DNA of 64,000 nt from Eledone cirrhosa. Its lineage: Eukaryota. The stretch spans positions 288,734,001 through 288,798,000 of the forward strand of contig OZ024742.1 in NCBI GenBank assembly GCA_964016885.1, given 5' to 3'. Every line of letters begins with the position of its first letter. The first letter of the stretch is position 1. Made by a program: the position numbers and the translations under genes. Below the pieces are notes generated by a model. It worked only from the letters and a program-made list of their open reading frames with translations. It searched no databases and had not been told where the DNA came from. This document shows positions 1 to 13,590 of the stretch, one piece after another.

Positions 1-1328
1 TGTCCCTTAATTACTAAAATTTCGAAGATACGTCTATGTGGTCGCTCGATCTACTAGAATTAATGGCCAAAAGTTCATCAAATTACATCTTACTGTATAA
101 TGAAGGTAAGGAAACGTTGGACAATAAAATTCAAAATGGGGAGAAAGGTGGAATGACTTTAATCATAATTCTGCTCAACTACGGATGATTTACGAGTAAA
201 CCTTGAAATAAAACGACGGACTAATATATGGGCTGAGTGGGTTTGCAGCCCAGGGGTCTTGTTCCGTTATACATAAATATACATATAATATATTTCGGAG
301 TTGTCTGACAAGTGATTTGATCTGAGACCGTGCGTTGAAACTAAACCAATTATAACGTGGAAGACTCATTTTAGCCATACTGTCAGTGTTTGCTTGCCTC
401 AAGACGTAGGCTCCTGTACCACTTGTGTTTAACACACTCAGTGTAGACTGAATATTTCCTTTCGTTTTGATTCCATGTTTTCATGTGAAATATTTATGTA
501 ATTAAGTCAGAGAGATATGTGTGTACGTACGTGTTGAATTTTGATAGCCATGGCATTTGTGTTTGTAATTTCAAGCTAATTATTTTGTCAGCATATTTGT
601 TTGGGAAAAAATGTAAACTTTGTTATCATGTAATTTCATGTACATCGTTTATTTCGATATAATAAAATCATTTGCAGCAACACTCCTTCTAAAAGACAAA
701 AACTGTTATATTTATCATTTATATTTCGTTGTACTGTCTTTGTGTTTTCGAATAGCTAAAATATATTAAGAAATGCAACATTATCATCAAAATTTAGAAT
801 ATTATAATTTTTATTAAATACATTTTTTTGTTTGTTTGTTTGGGTGTTACCATTATTTTAGAGGACGGCATTGGTCGATGCTGGAATCTCAGCATCGTTC
901 TATGTGTTGGCTTACATTCATGCACTTTTAAAGCCTCGAGTTTCTTTAATCCGGTCCTGGCAAGTGTTTACTTTGTCAAAAGCCAAGATATTTCTAGGTG
1001 AAACTGAAAGTATATTGTATTTTATAACTGTGATTCTCTCCAGAAATATTTTACATTAAATATATAAACAACGACGACGGCGACGAAAATGAATTAGAAA
1101 TAAGACACTCCGCTTAATTCCATACTACAGCGGACAGGTTGGGGGAACAGGTGGCTTTCTTAAAGAAGCAAAATGTTTGAAGTCATGCAAGTATATTTTG
1201 GCTGATTTAATTTTATTTAGCAGTGATCTTTTTTCAACTCGTATTAAATACCTATTGGTATTTCTATATTCTATAAAATAAATGAAGTTTAGCGAGACAA
1301 TATTTTCTTCAAAATGTGACCTCATTCG

Positions 1329-1515
1329 GTGGATTGGCAGTATTGGTAGAGGGTCGGACACCATGCTTTGCAGCAAAGAGTTACGACCCTTTATGGTCTG
1401 AGTTCAAATCCCGCCGAGGTTAACTTTGCCTTTCATCCTTACGGGGTCGATAAAATAAAGTACTAGTAATACACTGGGATAATTGCTGGCCTTGTGCCAA
1501 AAATAGAAATAATTA
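1329..1515 (+). mobile_element. tRNA-derived SINE, octopus-type, with Meta-SINE-like central domain
   Basis: A-box-like TGGCAGTATTGG and B-box-like GAGTTCAAATCC, then GCCGAGGTTAACTTTGCCTTTCATCCTTACGGGGTCGATAAAATAAAGTAC. Near-identical copies lie at 11612 and 39409. Confidence 0.85.
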
Positions 1516-1582
1516 TATGTCAGTTAATTTCAATATTGGGCTTCCGGCATAAAAAATTCCCTACTCCTAACTTAGAGATATG

Positions 1583-1880
1583 ATTAACTGGTCTGTCCCA
1601 CCGTGGTAGGGAGACCATTAACTGGTCTGTCCTCCAGTGGTAAGGAGTCCATTAACTGGTTTATGTCCCCCAGTGGTAGGGAGACCATTAACTGGTCTAT
1701 GTCATCCAGGGGTAGGGAGACTATTAACTGGTCTATGTCCCCCAGTGGTAGAGAGACCATTAATTGGTCTATGTCCCCCAGTGGTAGGGAGATTATTAAC
1801 TGGTCTATGTCCCCCAGTGCTAATGAGTCCATTAACTGGTCTGCTCCCCAGGGGTAGGGAGACTATTAACTTGTATATGT
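1583..1880. repeat. 36-bp minisatellite, about 8 copies
   Basis: Unit ATTAACTGGTCTATGTCCCCCAGTGGTAGGGAGACC; overlapping ORFs show 12-aa periodicity. Confidence 0.9.
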
Positions 1881-1979
1881 TCCCTATAATGGATATTGAG
1901 TGTTTTTCTAATGGTGTGGATGCAGAAGTTTTCAAAAGGATGCACGGGATGCACGGGTTTCAAAAGCGGTCTACACCCC

Positions 1980-2430
1980 CGTATCTGGTTGTATAGCGTT
2001 CCTTAAGTCACCTGTATCATCCTGAGTGGCTGTAGATATTTCTTAAGTCACCTTTATCACCATAATTGATTGTGACCTACATCACCATGTCTAGTTGTAG
2101 AGAGTTCCTAAAGTGGGCTATATCACCCTGGTTGGCTGTAGAGAGTTTCTAAAGTGGCCTATATGACCATGTTTGGTTATAGAGAGTTCCTAATGTAATC
2201 TACATCACCATGCCTAGTTGTAAAGTGTTTCTAAAGTGGCCTATATCACCTAGCATGACTGTAGAGAGTTCTTAAAGTGGTCTATATCACCATATCTGAT
2301 TGTAGAGAGTTCCTAATGTTTGGCTGGTAACCTACATCACCTTGCCTGGTTGTAGAGTGTTTATTTATCCTAAAAATACCTAAATCACCATGCATGACGA
2401 GAGAATTCCCCAATACCTATAACACCTGGC
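1980..2430. repeat. Degenerate 41-bp minisatellite
   Basis: GTAGAGAGTTCCTAAAGTGG..TATATCACC recurs at about 2097, 2138, 2179, 2220, 2261 and 2302. Confidence 0.8.
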
Positions 2431-2659
2431 ATGACAGAAAAATTAATAAGTGGGTGGACGGGGAGGGGCAATTATTTGAGACTTGAGAATAGCTATAACA
2501 TCATAAAACATTCATAGCTTGACTCATATATTCATTATCTCTAGGGCGGGTAAAATTCACGAGTTCTCTCCAGCGATAGTGGTATTCTGGTAGATAGTGG
2601 TACTTTGGGGTAGACTGGTATTCTGGTAGATAGCAGCAATGTGGTAGATAAAATTCTAA

Positions 2660-3830
2660 AGGTTGATCTTCCAACTGTACACTAAATTTGACTTTGTACT
2701 CAATGCCAACACTTACCATACTATTAGTGCCTCTGCACATAGCCTGAACAGCCTTTACAAACCATTCCTCTATCCCTAACATCCTAAGTAGCCACTAAAT
2801 TACAGAGCTTGGGATTCTGTCAAAGGCCTTTTCCACGTCAACAAATGCTAAATACTTCTCCTGCAATGCAACTATCTAACTAGGAAGATCACATCTGTAG
2901 TGCTTCTCCCAAGCACAGAAACAACTAATCTTATCAAGATTAATTGTCTCTAATTAGTTGTACAATAATTCTTTCTGTGACCTTCATAACCCAGATCCAA
3001 CAGATTCATTTGGTAATTTCCTCTCTATAGTGCAACCTCTTTACCCTTGTAGCAGTTGACACTGATACTACTATGCCAGTCATTAGGTATGACTGGCATA
3101 GTAGTACTCTGCCTGATTAACTATATATGGGAATATCTTGTGAGCTTTTCCACCTAATAGTTTAATCATCTCAGCAACAATCCCTGATTGGCCTTCTGTT
3201 TTTTATACTTTCAAATCCTGAATTGTTTTATCTGCTGTCAACTTAGATAACTGGTCCCTCAGTTGGGTTCATTTGGGGTAAACATTTACACTCCCATGCA
3301 TTCTCCTCATTCAATAACTTCTTGTAGTAACCCTTCCAGACTTCTTTATTTTTTATGTCAGTAACAGTAAATGTGTTGCTGTCATTCTATGCACATTTCT
3401 CCCTCCTTGTTCTCTCTTGCAACTGGGAACACATCTCGCCTCTGATTCTCACATCACAGAACATTGGCAAACTTCTTGCTTTACACATCCCCTCTGTCTA
3501 CATAAACCTAATGTTCAGCTTCCTTTCTTGTTATTAGGTATAGTCCCCTGCTGTTCCCAGCCTTTCAGTCTTTCTAAAACTGTCTCTTAGCTTTTATGGC
3601 ATTGTCTACAGTACTGTTCCACCATCACATCATCTAGTTGGTATCTTTCCCCAACCACAGATCCCATCTGTAGTTTTCAGAAGATTGTTTTGGAGGAGTT
3701 TCCAGTTATTCTCTACATTAAAGGACCCTGGTTCCTCCTCTTCCTTGTCTAGGGCTTCAGTCTCTAAAACTAAGAGTGTTTAGTGGATCTTTAAGTTTCC
3801 ATATTCTTCTTCACCCTCCACATGTCTCCT
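2660..3830 (-). mobile_element. Degenerate RTE LINE ORF fragment
   Basis: Minus-strand peptide LGIEEWFVKAVQAMCRG, homologous to the RT region of the 27.5-30.9 kb element. Confidence 0.8.
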
Positions 3831-4330
3831 CTCCAGACCTACCTTTTGTAGTACCAATGTTAATTGTTGCATTCAGAAGTTTTGGACCAAATACAAAGTC
3901 AAGTGGGTTGATGGTTTAAAAATTATATGTACTTAAAAAGTTTACTATTGCTTTGCAATGGTTAGTAGGCTCTTATAGAATGAGATTTCTGTTTAAAGTT
4001 TATTGCTATCTCCAATCAAAAGTATGTAGTTGATCTCGACCAGGAAAAAGAGAGAGTGAATGCACTTCCTTTTCATGGTAGGAAGTGAGAAGGGACGGGA
4101 GCTATTTCCTTACTGTAGATGTGGGAGAGCTAGAGCATTTCCTTTACACAACAGGCGGTAAGTGAGGGAGGGTGGGTAATGTATTCAACTAGAGTGGCTG
4201 CTAGTATATTTAATCAAAGTATACGAAATTAAAAATAAAAGGTATCATTAATGATATTTGCAGTAAAATAAAAAAGCCATTTGCTATGACATTAACTGGA
4301 ATATAGCCTGTGATATGTTACAGGCTAGAG

Positions 4331-6680
4331 ATCATCATCATCATCACCGTTTTACGTCTGCTCTTCCATGCTAGCATGGGTTAGACAGGTTGTCCTGTTG
4401 TGGGCAGTGTCTGGTCGGCTGACCATGCCTTGCTCATACAGGAACTGATTCTGGCTTGATTTCTACAGCTGGATGCCCTTCCTAACACTAACCTCATTTA
4501 TAGTGAGTGCTGGGTGCTTTTTTCCGTGGCGCCTCCATGACCACTTTGCAGTGGGAGGGTGTGGGGGCATATTGTCTATATGCTTCAGCTTTAGCTTGTA
4601 GGGAGGTCGGGTACTCTGTATTATTGCGTGACGCCAGAAGTCACGGTCGTGTGTCATCGCCTTTGAGAGGTGTAATTGGGTAAGGTCGGCTTTTATCACC
4701 TCATCCCAGGTCTTCTTGGATCTCCCCACTCCGCGGTTTCCATTGACTTCTAGTGCTCTGCACCTTTTTATGCAGCTGTCATCCTTCATACGCATCACAT
4801 GTCCATACCAACGCAACCGCCTCTCCTGCACACAGCATTTGATTCCTCTTATGCTCAGTCTCTCTCTCAATTCGTTTCTTTCTAATCTACGTAAGTCTTC
4901 CTTCCACCTTCAGCGCCCAGGTCTCACTACCATGTAACATTGCTGTTCTTATACATGCATCATACAGTCTCTGCCTTTCATTTTGAGGGAAAAGCCTTTT
5001 GCAGCTAGCAGTGGCAGTAACTCCCTGAACTTCTTCCATCCCGTTCTTACCCTAGTTATTGTACTTTCTGAACACCCACCTCTGCTACTAATTTGGTCAC
5101 CTAGGTAGCAGAAGCGGTCTACTGTTTCTACAGAGCCTTCCCACAGATTGGTGGTACTTGTTTCCTGCTTGCTGTCCCAGCACAACTGCTACATGTGAAG
5201 CCTACATTCTTAATTAAGCTTCCTGAGATCCCGCTACATCTCTTGTGTACCCATTGTTTGCATTTGGGGTAGAGAATGGAGTTCCTACCTACACCTTTCC
5301 TACATACTGAGCAAGGCCATTTCCCTGAGGGGATCTGGGTTCTGTTTTCTCATCTACTTACAAGGACCTTAGTCTTTGTCATGTTGACTTTGAGACCCTT
5401 TCTTTCTAGTCCCTGCTTCCAAGTTTGGAATTTCTTCTCAAGTTGTACCATAGATTCAGCTATAAGTGCCAGGTCATCTGCATACAGGAGTTCCCATGGG
5501 CATCTGGTCTTAAACTCCTCTGTTATTGCTTAGGAGAGGCTAAGAACAGAGCCCTGGTGGACACCGACCTGTACGCTAAATTCCTCGCTATACTCATTGC
5601 TAATCCTAACTTTGTTGACTGCTCCCCTATACATGGCTTGTACAGCTTTCACAAGCCATTCATCTACTCCTAGTTTTCTAAGAGCCCACCAAATTGTAGC
5701 ATGTGGAACTCTGTCAAAGGCTTTCTCGAGATCGATGAATACCAGGTAGAGTGGCTTACTTTTAGCTAGGTACTTTTCCTGTAACTGCCTCACAAGGAAG
5801 AGGGCGTCAGTGGTGCCTCTTCCTGGTACAAACTTAAATTGCATCTCATCTAGTTTCACCCGGTTCCTAATCAACTGCGCTATAACTCTTTCTGTTACTT
5901 TCATGACCTGGTCCATCACCTTTACCTTTGTAGCAGTTGACAATGATGCTACTGCACCAATCTTTTGGTATGACACCTAGTATTACCTAGTTAACAATAC
6001 GTGTGGTTATAGTGTGACGTACAGACCCAGATGCCTTCAGCATCTCGGCAGCTATCCCCGATGGACTGGTTGCCTTCTCCATCTTCATATCTTTGATTGC
6101 CTTACTTACTACGTTGCTGCTGACTTGTACTGTTGGCCCCTCTATAGGGTCTACTTGGGGTAGGGTCTCTTCTTCCCATGCATTCTCCTCATTTAGTAAT
6201 CTATCATAATGACTCTTCCATGCATCTTTCTTCTCAGCACTTGTGAAGGCAAGCTCACCTTTATCATTCCGGATACACTTCTCTCCAATGACATCACAAT
6301 TCTCTCTGACACACTGCCTCGCAATCTTGAACACCTCTTGTTTCTGGTCCTCACGTTGCAAAACATGCTTGAATTTTCTATCCTCTGCTTCCCTCCTAGC
6401 TAAGTATACTTGTTGCCTAGCTTCCCTCCTGGTCTCTATGTAATGTACCCTGCTTCCATTCTTTCCATGCATGTCTCTTGGCCTTAACTGCCTCATCTAC
6501 CTTATTGTTCCACGACCAAGTGACTCTCCTCCTGCCTGTGGTCTTACTCCAGTCACAGATCTCATCCGTCGCCTCTAGTAAGTTATGTTTTAGGAACTCC
6601 CAGTGCTCTTCTATATTGAATGTCTCTATCTGTTCTTCTTTACTGTCGTAGGGATTGAGTAAAATATCTTTAAATCTGTC
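4331..6680 (-). mobile_element. 5'-truncated RTE LINE (subfamily A) with (GAT)n tail
   Basis: Frameshifted RT fragments (DLEKAFDRVP, VHQGSVLS, RLRWYGHV), a 3'UTR and a CATCATCAT tail. Highly similar to the 27508-30908 element. Confidence 0.92.
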
Positions 6681-6719
6681 TGATAGTCATTTTAGGAAAA
6701 GACAGAAAAATGTTACTTA

Positions 6720-7650
6720 AATATGCACAGCATGATGCCAGAGATCTCAATCCTGTATCATCTTCTTTCTGAAGTTTAATTGGGCATGGTCAGCTTTTAT
6801 CACTTCACCCCAAGCTTTCCTAGGTCTTCTTCTTCCATCGAATTTGAGTGCCCTGCACCTTTTTATAGCTGTCTTCTTTCATATGCATGACATGTCTAAA
6901 GGTCTTCCTCTTCCATCGAATTTGAGTGCCCTGTACCTTTTTACAGCTGTCTTCTTTCATATGCATGACATGTCCAAACCTCCTTTCCTGCCTAATGCAT
7001 CTGATTCCTCTTATGCCTAGTTTCTCTCTCTGTTCATGCACACTACTGATTCATAGCCTTTGGAACATGCAAGCTTCATTTCTTTTCAATCTTTGTAGGT
7101 CCCATGCAATATTGCTGTTCAAGCACAAATGTCATATAATCTATCTTTCATTTTGAGGGAAAACACCTTTGTAGCTATCAATGGTAGTAGTTCCCTGAAC
7201 TTTTTCTATCCCGTACTTTCAGAAGACCCACCTCAATTGCTAATTTGGTTACCCAGGTAACAGAAACTTTTAAATACTTCTACAGAGCCCTCTGAGCATT
7301 TAAAGGGACTTGTTTCCTGTGAACTCTTGTTGCTTATTGCACCAGTACACCTACCATATATAAAACCTACATTCTTTGCTAGCCTGCCTGAGATCCTACA
7401 ACATCGCTTGTATACCCATAGTTTGCATTCAGGACATAGGATGGAAATACTACCTATTCCTTTCCTGCACATTGAGCAAGGTCATTTCCCTGAAGGGGTC
7501 TGCACTCTGTTTCCCCTCTCTATTTACGAGGACTTTAGTCTTTGCTAAATTGACTCTAAGACCTTGTGCTTCCAGCTTTGCAATTTCTTCTCTAATTCTG
7601 CCATAGATATAGGAGTTCCCATTGACAGCCAGTCTTAAACTCTTCCTGCC
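6720..7650 (-). mobile_element. Degenerate RTE fragment with an internal 78-bp tandem duplication (6822-6977)
   Basis: GLRVNLAKTKV, CPECKLWVYKRC and FCYLG motifs; the duplicated segment repeats HVMHMKEDS. Confidence 0.85.
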
Positions 7651-8079
7651 CATGAAAACTATATAGGAGATACAAATATAGACAAGAAATAAGTTTGGTT
7701 ATTTGGAAACCTGACAATGTGTGTTTGGTAAAAATACGAAGGTAATAAGAAAGTAGAAGAAAAAAGTAAAAGAATGAAGACGATAAGAAGTTACCTTAGC
7801 AATTTTTAATGATCCTAAATATTTTTGGATTTACCATCCATTATCAGGGGAAGTCCATTGGGGAGACTTCAGAAAGGAACCTGAGAAATGTGGGCAGCTG
7901 TTTGATTTATTTCTCAATAAATATATATATATGACATAAAGTACAGGTATCTGCTTTTTGTAGGCAACTATTGAAACGTGTAAGAGAATCTCAAGTATTG
8001 ATAAATGTATTGAGCATCAACAAATGTGCCTTGTTTTTCTAATAACCAATATTTATATGTCATCATCATCATCATCATT

Positions 8080-9700
8080 TTGACGTCCACTTTCCCTGCT
8101 AACAAGGATTGGACGACTCCATAAAGACCAAGTCAGTATTGAAGCGGAGCCACTGATCTCTCAGGCAAGCCAGGGATCTGTGTCTCGCTTACGTACAGTC
8201 TCACATTCCACTGAGTGCTCAAGAGAGGTTGTCATGCCTTTGATATAATTGAGAGTCCTCAACCCTTTGTTTGGCAAGATTTCTATGGCTGGATGCCCTT
8301 CCTATCATCAACCACTTTACAGCATGTACTGAGTCTGTTTATCATGTAAATCACCAACACTAAGGAAGCTGTCATGACCTTGACATGACTGAAGAGTCTT
8401 CCTGACCCTTTATTTGTTTAGTGAATATGTGTGTGTGTGTAGGAATTGAAGTAGTGATGCTGAGAATAATTGTTAGGGAGTGCTGGTGGGAGAGGAGGGT
8501 CAATCAGGTCACATTGTATGCAGGTTGGGTCTTCTTCAGCACCGCATAGCTTCAGCCCACGCACAGTTTTTAGTCATTTCTGTTGTAAGGTTTAGCTTTT
8601 TAAGGTCAGTCTTTACATCATCCCATGTCTTCCAGGGTCTGCCTCTTCCATGGGTCCCAGCTACTGGGGTTTCTCTGTATTTCTTTCACACACATCACAT
8701 GTCCATACCAATGGTCTTCTCTCTTGCATACTACATTAAATTACTCTTATGCCAAGTTTTTCCCCCAGTTTGCTTATGCTATGTCAGTCATGCACAGTAA
8801 CATTGCACATCCATTGGAGCTTACTCAACTCATTTCTTTCTAGCCTCCACAGATCTTCTGCAGTCAAGGCCCATGTTTCACTGCCATGTAACATTGCAGT
8901 TTGCACAGAGGCATCATACAGTCTATTCTTCACACTGGGAGAAAAACATTTTGTTGTTAGCAGTGGTAATAGATCTCTGAACTTTTTCCAGACTGTTCTT
9001 ATCCTGGCTATCACACTTTCCGTGCATCCTCCCCCACTACTAATTTGGTCGCCTAGGTAGCAAAAGTTGTCCACAACTTCTAGAGAGCTTCCTGGCAGCT
9101 GAGGAAATCTATTTCACATGTGCTCTTTGTGCTTACTTCCCTTGTGCATCTGCCACATATAAAGTCTATCTTGTTAGCCTACCTGCAATTTCACTACATC
9201 TCTTGTATCCATAATGTGTGCACCTTATCGAGTTTCTACCCACCCCTTTCTGACATGTTCAACACGGCCACTTTCCTGATGGTGTCACTTTCCTCTCCTC
9301 TTCCCTACTTATTAAGACTTTCATCTTTGTTAAATTTACTTTTAGGCCTTTCAGGTCTAGGTTCATCTTTGCTTGAAATGTTGCTTCTAACTCTCCTACA
9401 GACTTAGCTATGATGACTAGGTCATCAGCATAAAGGAGCTCCCATGGAGTACCTGTTTTAATCTCCTCAGTGATGGTTTGAAGTACAATGATAAATAGGA
9501 GTAGACTGAGAACTGATCCATGGTGGATTCCCACCTGCACTTCAAATTCATCACTGTACTCATTGTCAAATTTAACTCAGCTGGTTGCTCCTCCATACAT
9601 GGCCTGCATCGCCCTCACAAACCATTCGTCTACACCTAGCTTCCTAAGTGCCCACAAGACTTTCTCTAGATCTACAAATGCTTGATACAGTGGTTTACTC
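8080..9700 (-). mobile_element. RTE LINE fragment with 3' tail
   Basis: (CAT)n tail at 8080; ORF pieces ELLYADDL, FCYLGDQI and LHGSETW. Confidence 0.85.
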
Positions 9701-9722
9701 CTCTCTCTCTCATATATATATA

Positions 9723-10818
9723 TCATCATCGTCGTTTAACGTCTATCTTCCACACTAGCATGGGTTTAGACGGGAATTGTCCCATGTGAGGCAAGATTGG
9801 TTGTCTTGCTCGTATAGGACTGTCTGGCAGGTTTTCTACGGCTGGATGCCCTTCCTAACACCAACCACATTTACAGTGTGGACTGGGAGGTTTTTACCGT
9901 GTTACCTACACGGCAACATTACAGTGTGGACTGTGTGTTTTTTTGTTGACACCTACACGACCTCATTTATTTAGGACTGGATGTTGTAGCACCAACATAA
10001 CTTTAGGTGTAGATGGGGGTGGGGGTAAGGGTAGTGTATGGGGGTGTATTTTTGGTTAGGAGGTGCCTACTGACTGTAGGTTTCGCTTTGTACTTAGGCA
10101 AGGCGGGTCTTCTGTATTACTGCGTAGTGCCAAAGATCTCGGTCCAATGACATTGTCTTGGAGAGGTGTAAGTGTGTAAGGTCGGAATTTATCAAATCGC
10201 CCCAGGTTTTTCTGGGTCTGTGTACTCCGTGGCTTCTGTCTATATTAATCGCCCTGCACTTTTTTATACAGCTGTCGTCTTTCCTGTGCATCACGTGACC
10301 ATACCAACTTATTCCTAATTTCTCACTTAGTTCATTTATGCTTTGCTGTTCACATATATTACTATTACACATCCAACGGAGCATGCAAGCGTCGTTCCTC
10401 TCCAGTCTGCGCTGATCCTCTGCACACAATGCCCATGTCTCACTGCCATGTAACATTGCTCTTCGTTTGCAGGCATCATACAGTCTGCCTTTCATTTTTA
10501 GAGAGAAACCTTTAGCGGCCAATAGTGGTATAAACTCTCTGAACTTTTTCCATCCCGTTCTGACTCTGGCTACTGTACTTTCAGAGCACCCACCACTACT
10601 GCTGATTTTGTCACCCAGGTAACGGAAGGTGTCCACTATTTCTATATGGAAGGCAATTTCTACTATATGGGCAATGGAAGGAGCTAGTATCCTGTGGGCA
10701 CTTGCTACTACTTATTGCACCTGAGCACCGGCCACATATAAGATCTATGTTCTTGGTTAGTTTACCTGTGATCCCACTACATCTTTTATGCACCCATACT
10801 TTGCATTTGGGACATAAA

Positions 10819-10820
<2 letters not shown>
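9723..10820 (-). mobile_element. 5'-truncated RTE LINE (subfamily B) in a TA tract
   Basis: The ORF at 10094-10636 is an RTE C-terminus; the 3'UTR ends in a CAT tail; (TA)n lies on both sides. Confidence 0.9.
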
Positions 10821-10854
<34 letters not shown>

Positions 10855-10860
10855 CAAAAT

Positions 10861-11177
10861 GTTAGTGGTTAGAGCATTGTTGGGCTTGCAATCATGAGGT
10901 TGTGAGTTTGATTCTTGGATCAGGTGATGCATTGTGTCCTTGAGCAAGACACTTTATTTCACTTTGTTCCAGTTTACTTAGCCGAAGAAATGAGTTATGC
11001 CGTCACTGGTGCCAAGCCATTGCCTTTCCCTTAGACAACATTGGTGGCATGGAGAGACGAGACTGGTATGCATGGGCGACTGCTGGTCTTCCACAAACAA
11101 CCTTGCCCAGATAGGAACTTTCAAGGTGCAAATCCTATGGTCATTCGTGACTGAAGGGGGTCTTTACCTTTACCCTT
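10861..11177 (+). mobile_element. tRNA-derived CORE-like SINE
   Basis: TAGTGGTTAGAGC head, B-box-like GAGTTTGATTC, core TGTGTCCTTGAGCAAGACACTT, and a TTTACC tail. Confidence 0.8.
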
Positions 11178-11611
11178 GTGTGTATATATATATGTATATA
11201 TATATATTTATATACATATATATATATATACACACATACATATGACAATAAAAGAAATAGATGATGGTATTAAATGGTAATCATCTTCATTTCCAGATGA
11301 CTGAAAGTCTTTGTTTAATTAAGTTAATAATATTAATTAAAAACATCATAAATACTTAAAAAATATAAATAATTTATATTATCAATCCTCAATTCTCTGA
11401 CGTGTTTAGAAAATGGTGCTAGTAGGAATAATATATTTCCAGAAGTAAAATATAATAGAAATACGCACACATATCTATTTGTATTGAAGAATACGACAAA
11501 CCATAGTAGGGATTCAGGCTGATCCAGTGGCTTGTGTTTCTATGTGTACCACTGATTCTTCAAAGAACTTTTAACACACATGGGAAAAACTCCAATTTAA
11601 CTGGCTTCTGG

Positions 11612-11775
11612 ATTGGATTGGCAGTATCGGTAGAGAGTCGGACACCATGCTTTGAAGCATAGAGTTTCGTCCCTTTACGGTCTGAGTTCAAATGCCGCCG
11701 AGGTTAACTTTGCCTAAAGTACCAGTAATACACTGGGTAATTGCTGGCCTTGTGCCAAAAGTAGAAACTAATTAT
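11612..11775 (+). mobile_element. SINE, same family as 1329-1515, internally deleted
   Basis: Direct similarity to the 1329 and 39409 copies. Confidence 0.85.
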
Positions 11776-11841
11776 ACATATATATATATTATATATGTAT
11801 AATTAATATAATTCTCTACATACATTTGAGCTTTGTATATA

Positions 11842-12186
11842 TCATCATCATCATCATTTCATTTTACGTCCGCTTTTCCCTGCTTGCAAGGGTGGGACGG
11901 GAACTGATTCTGGCTTGATTTCTACAGCTGGATGCCCTTCCTAACACCAACCTCATTTACAGTGAGTGCTGGGTGCTTTTTTGCCGTGGCACCTACACGA
12001 CCACTTTGCAGTGGAATGATAGGGACCTCAGTCCCTATCATCTCATTTCTACAGCTGAGTAAACTGGAGCAATTTGAAATAAAGTGTCTTGCTCAAGGAA
12101 ACAACACACCACCCGGTCTGAGAATTGAACTCACAACCTTTCGATTGCAAGGCCAATGCTCTAACCACTAAGCCATGTGCCTCCAT
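11842..12186 (-). mobile_element. RTE 3'UTR remnant adjoining a CORE-like SINE
   Basis: CAT tail plus GGATGCCCTTCCTAAC motif, followed by the reverse-complement SINE head AAGTGTCTTGCTCAAGG...CTAACCACTAAGCC. Confidence 0.75.
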
Positions 12187-12461
12187 TATATTTATATATA
12201 TATATATAATTATAAATGTAAATAACATTTTAAGGAAAAAGTCTGGGAAAGGATTTTTTGTTATAAATTAAATATGTTTATATATGTGTTCAGCATCACT
12301 TTTGGGATGCGAAATGATGATGGTGATGATGATGTAGATGTTCTGCAATTGTGTATCTCACTGAGAAAATTTATGGTGTCTTCTAAAAGAGAAATCTGGA
12401 GTTTATGAACCAAAGAATGATTTGGGAAGTTGATATTTCTGATGAGAAGGCTTGGATCGCC

Positions 12462-13590
12462 ATAGTCTGTATTGAAATCAGGGAAAAACTTGATCAGAAG
12501 GTTTGGATCACCCTTACACAGTCTGTATTGAAATCAGGGAAAAACTTGATCAGAAGGTTTGAATCACCCTTACAGTCTGTATTGAAATCAAGGGGAAATC
12601 TTGGTCAAAAGGTTTGAATCACCCTTACACAGTCTGTATTGAAATCAGGGAAAAACTTGATCAGAAGGTTTGGATCACCCTTACAGTCTGTATTGAAATC
12701 AGGGAAAAACTTGATCAGAAGGTTTGGATCACCCTTACACAGTCTGTATTGAAATCAGGGAAAAACTTGATCAGAAGGTTTGGATCACCCTTACACAGTC
12801 TGTATTGAAATCAAGGGGAAATCTTGGTCAAAAGGTTTGAATCACCCTTACAGTCTGTGTTGAAATCAGGGAAAAACTTGATCAAAAGGTTTGAATCACC
12901 CTTACAGTCTGTGTTGAAATCAGGGAAAAACTTGATCAAAAGGTTTGAATCACCCTTACAGTCTGTATTGAAATCAAGGGGAAATCTTGGTCAAAAGGTT
13001 TGGATCACCCTTACACAGTCTGTATTGAAATCAAGGGGAAATCTTGGTCAAAAGGTTTGAATCACCCTTACAGTCTGTGTTGAAATCAGGGAAAAACTTG
13101 ATCAAAAGGTTTGAATCACCCTTACAGTCTGTGTTGAAATCAGGGAAAAACTTGATCAAAAGGTTTGAATCACCCTTACAGTCTGTATTGAAATCAAGGG
13201 GAAATCTTGGTCAAAAGGTTTGAATCACCCTTACAGTCTGTATTGAAATCAAGGGGAAATCTTGGTCAAAAGGTTTGAATCACCCTTACAGTCTGTGTTG
13301 AAATCAGGGAAAAACTTGATCAAAAGGTTTGAATCACCCTTACAGTCTGTGTTGAAATCAGGGAAAAACTTGATCAAAAGGTTTGAATCACCCTTACAGT
13401 CTGTATTGAAATCAAGGGGAAATCTTGGTCAAAAGGTTTGAATCACCCTTACAGTCTGTATTGAAATCAAGGGGAAATCTTGGTCAAAAGGTTTGAATCA
13501 CCTTTACAGTCTGTGTTGAAATCAAGGGGAAATCTTGGTCAAAAGGTTTGAATCACCCTTACACAGTCTGTGTTGAAATCAAGAGGAAAT
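12462..13590. repeat. 54-57-bp minisatellite, about 20 copies
   Basis: Unit CAGTCTGTATTGAAATCAGGGAAAAACTTGATCAAAAGGTTTGAATCACCCTTA, with two interleaved variants. Confidence 0.95.

Noticed and set aside
1329-1420. tRNA gene
   Set aside because: It has A/B-box-like motifs but no cloverleaf, and continues into a SINE body that is repeated in the window.
1584-1996. ORFs over the 36-bp repeat
   Set aside because: Open on both strands because of repeat periodicity; no splice or domain support.
7815-7852. Further hammerhead-like motifs here and at ~33995-34030 (minus strand)
   Set aside because: The core is mutated or stem I is unpaired; too degenerate to call.
12405-13060. Repetitive ORFs in the 54-bp array
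   Set aside because: Units of 54-57 bp shift the frame constantly.
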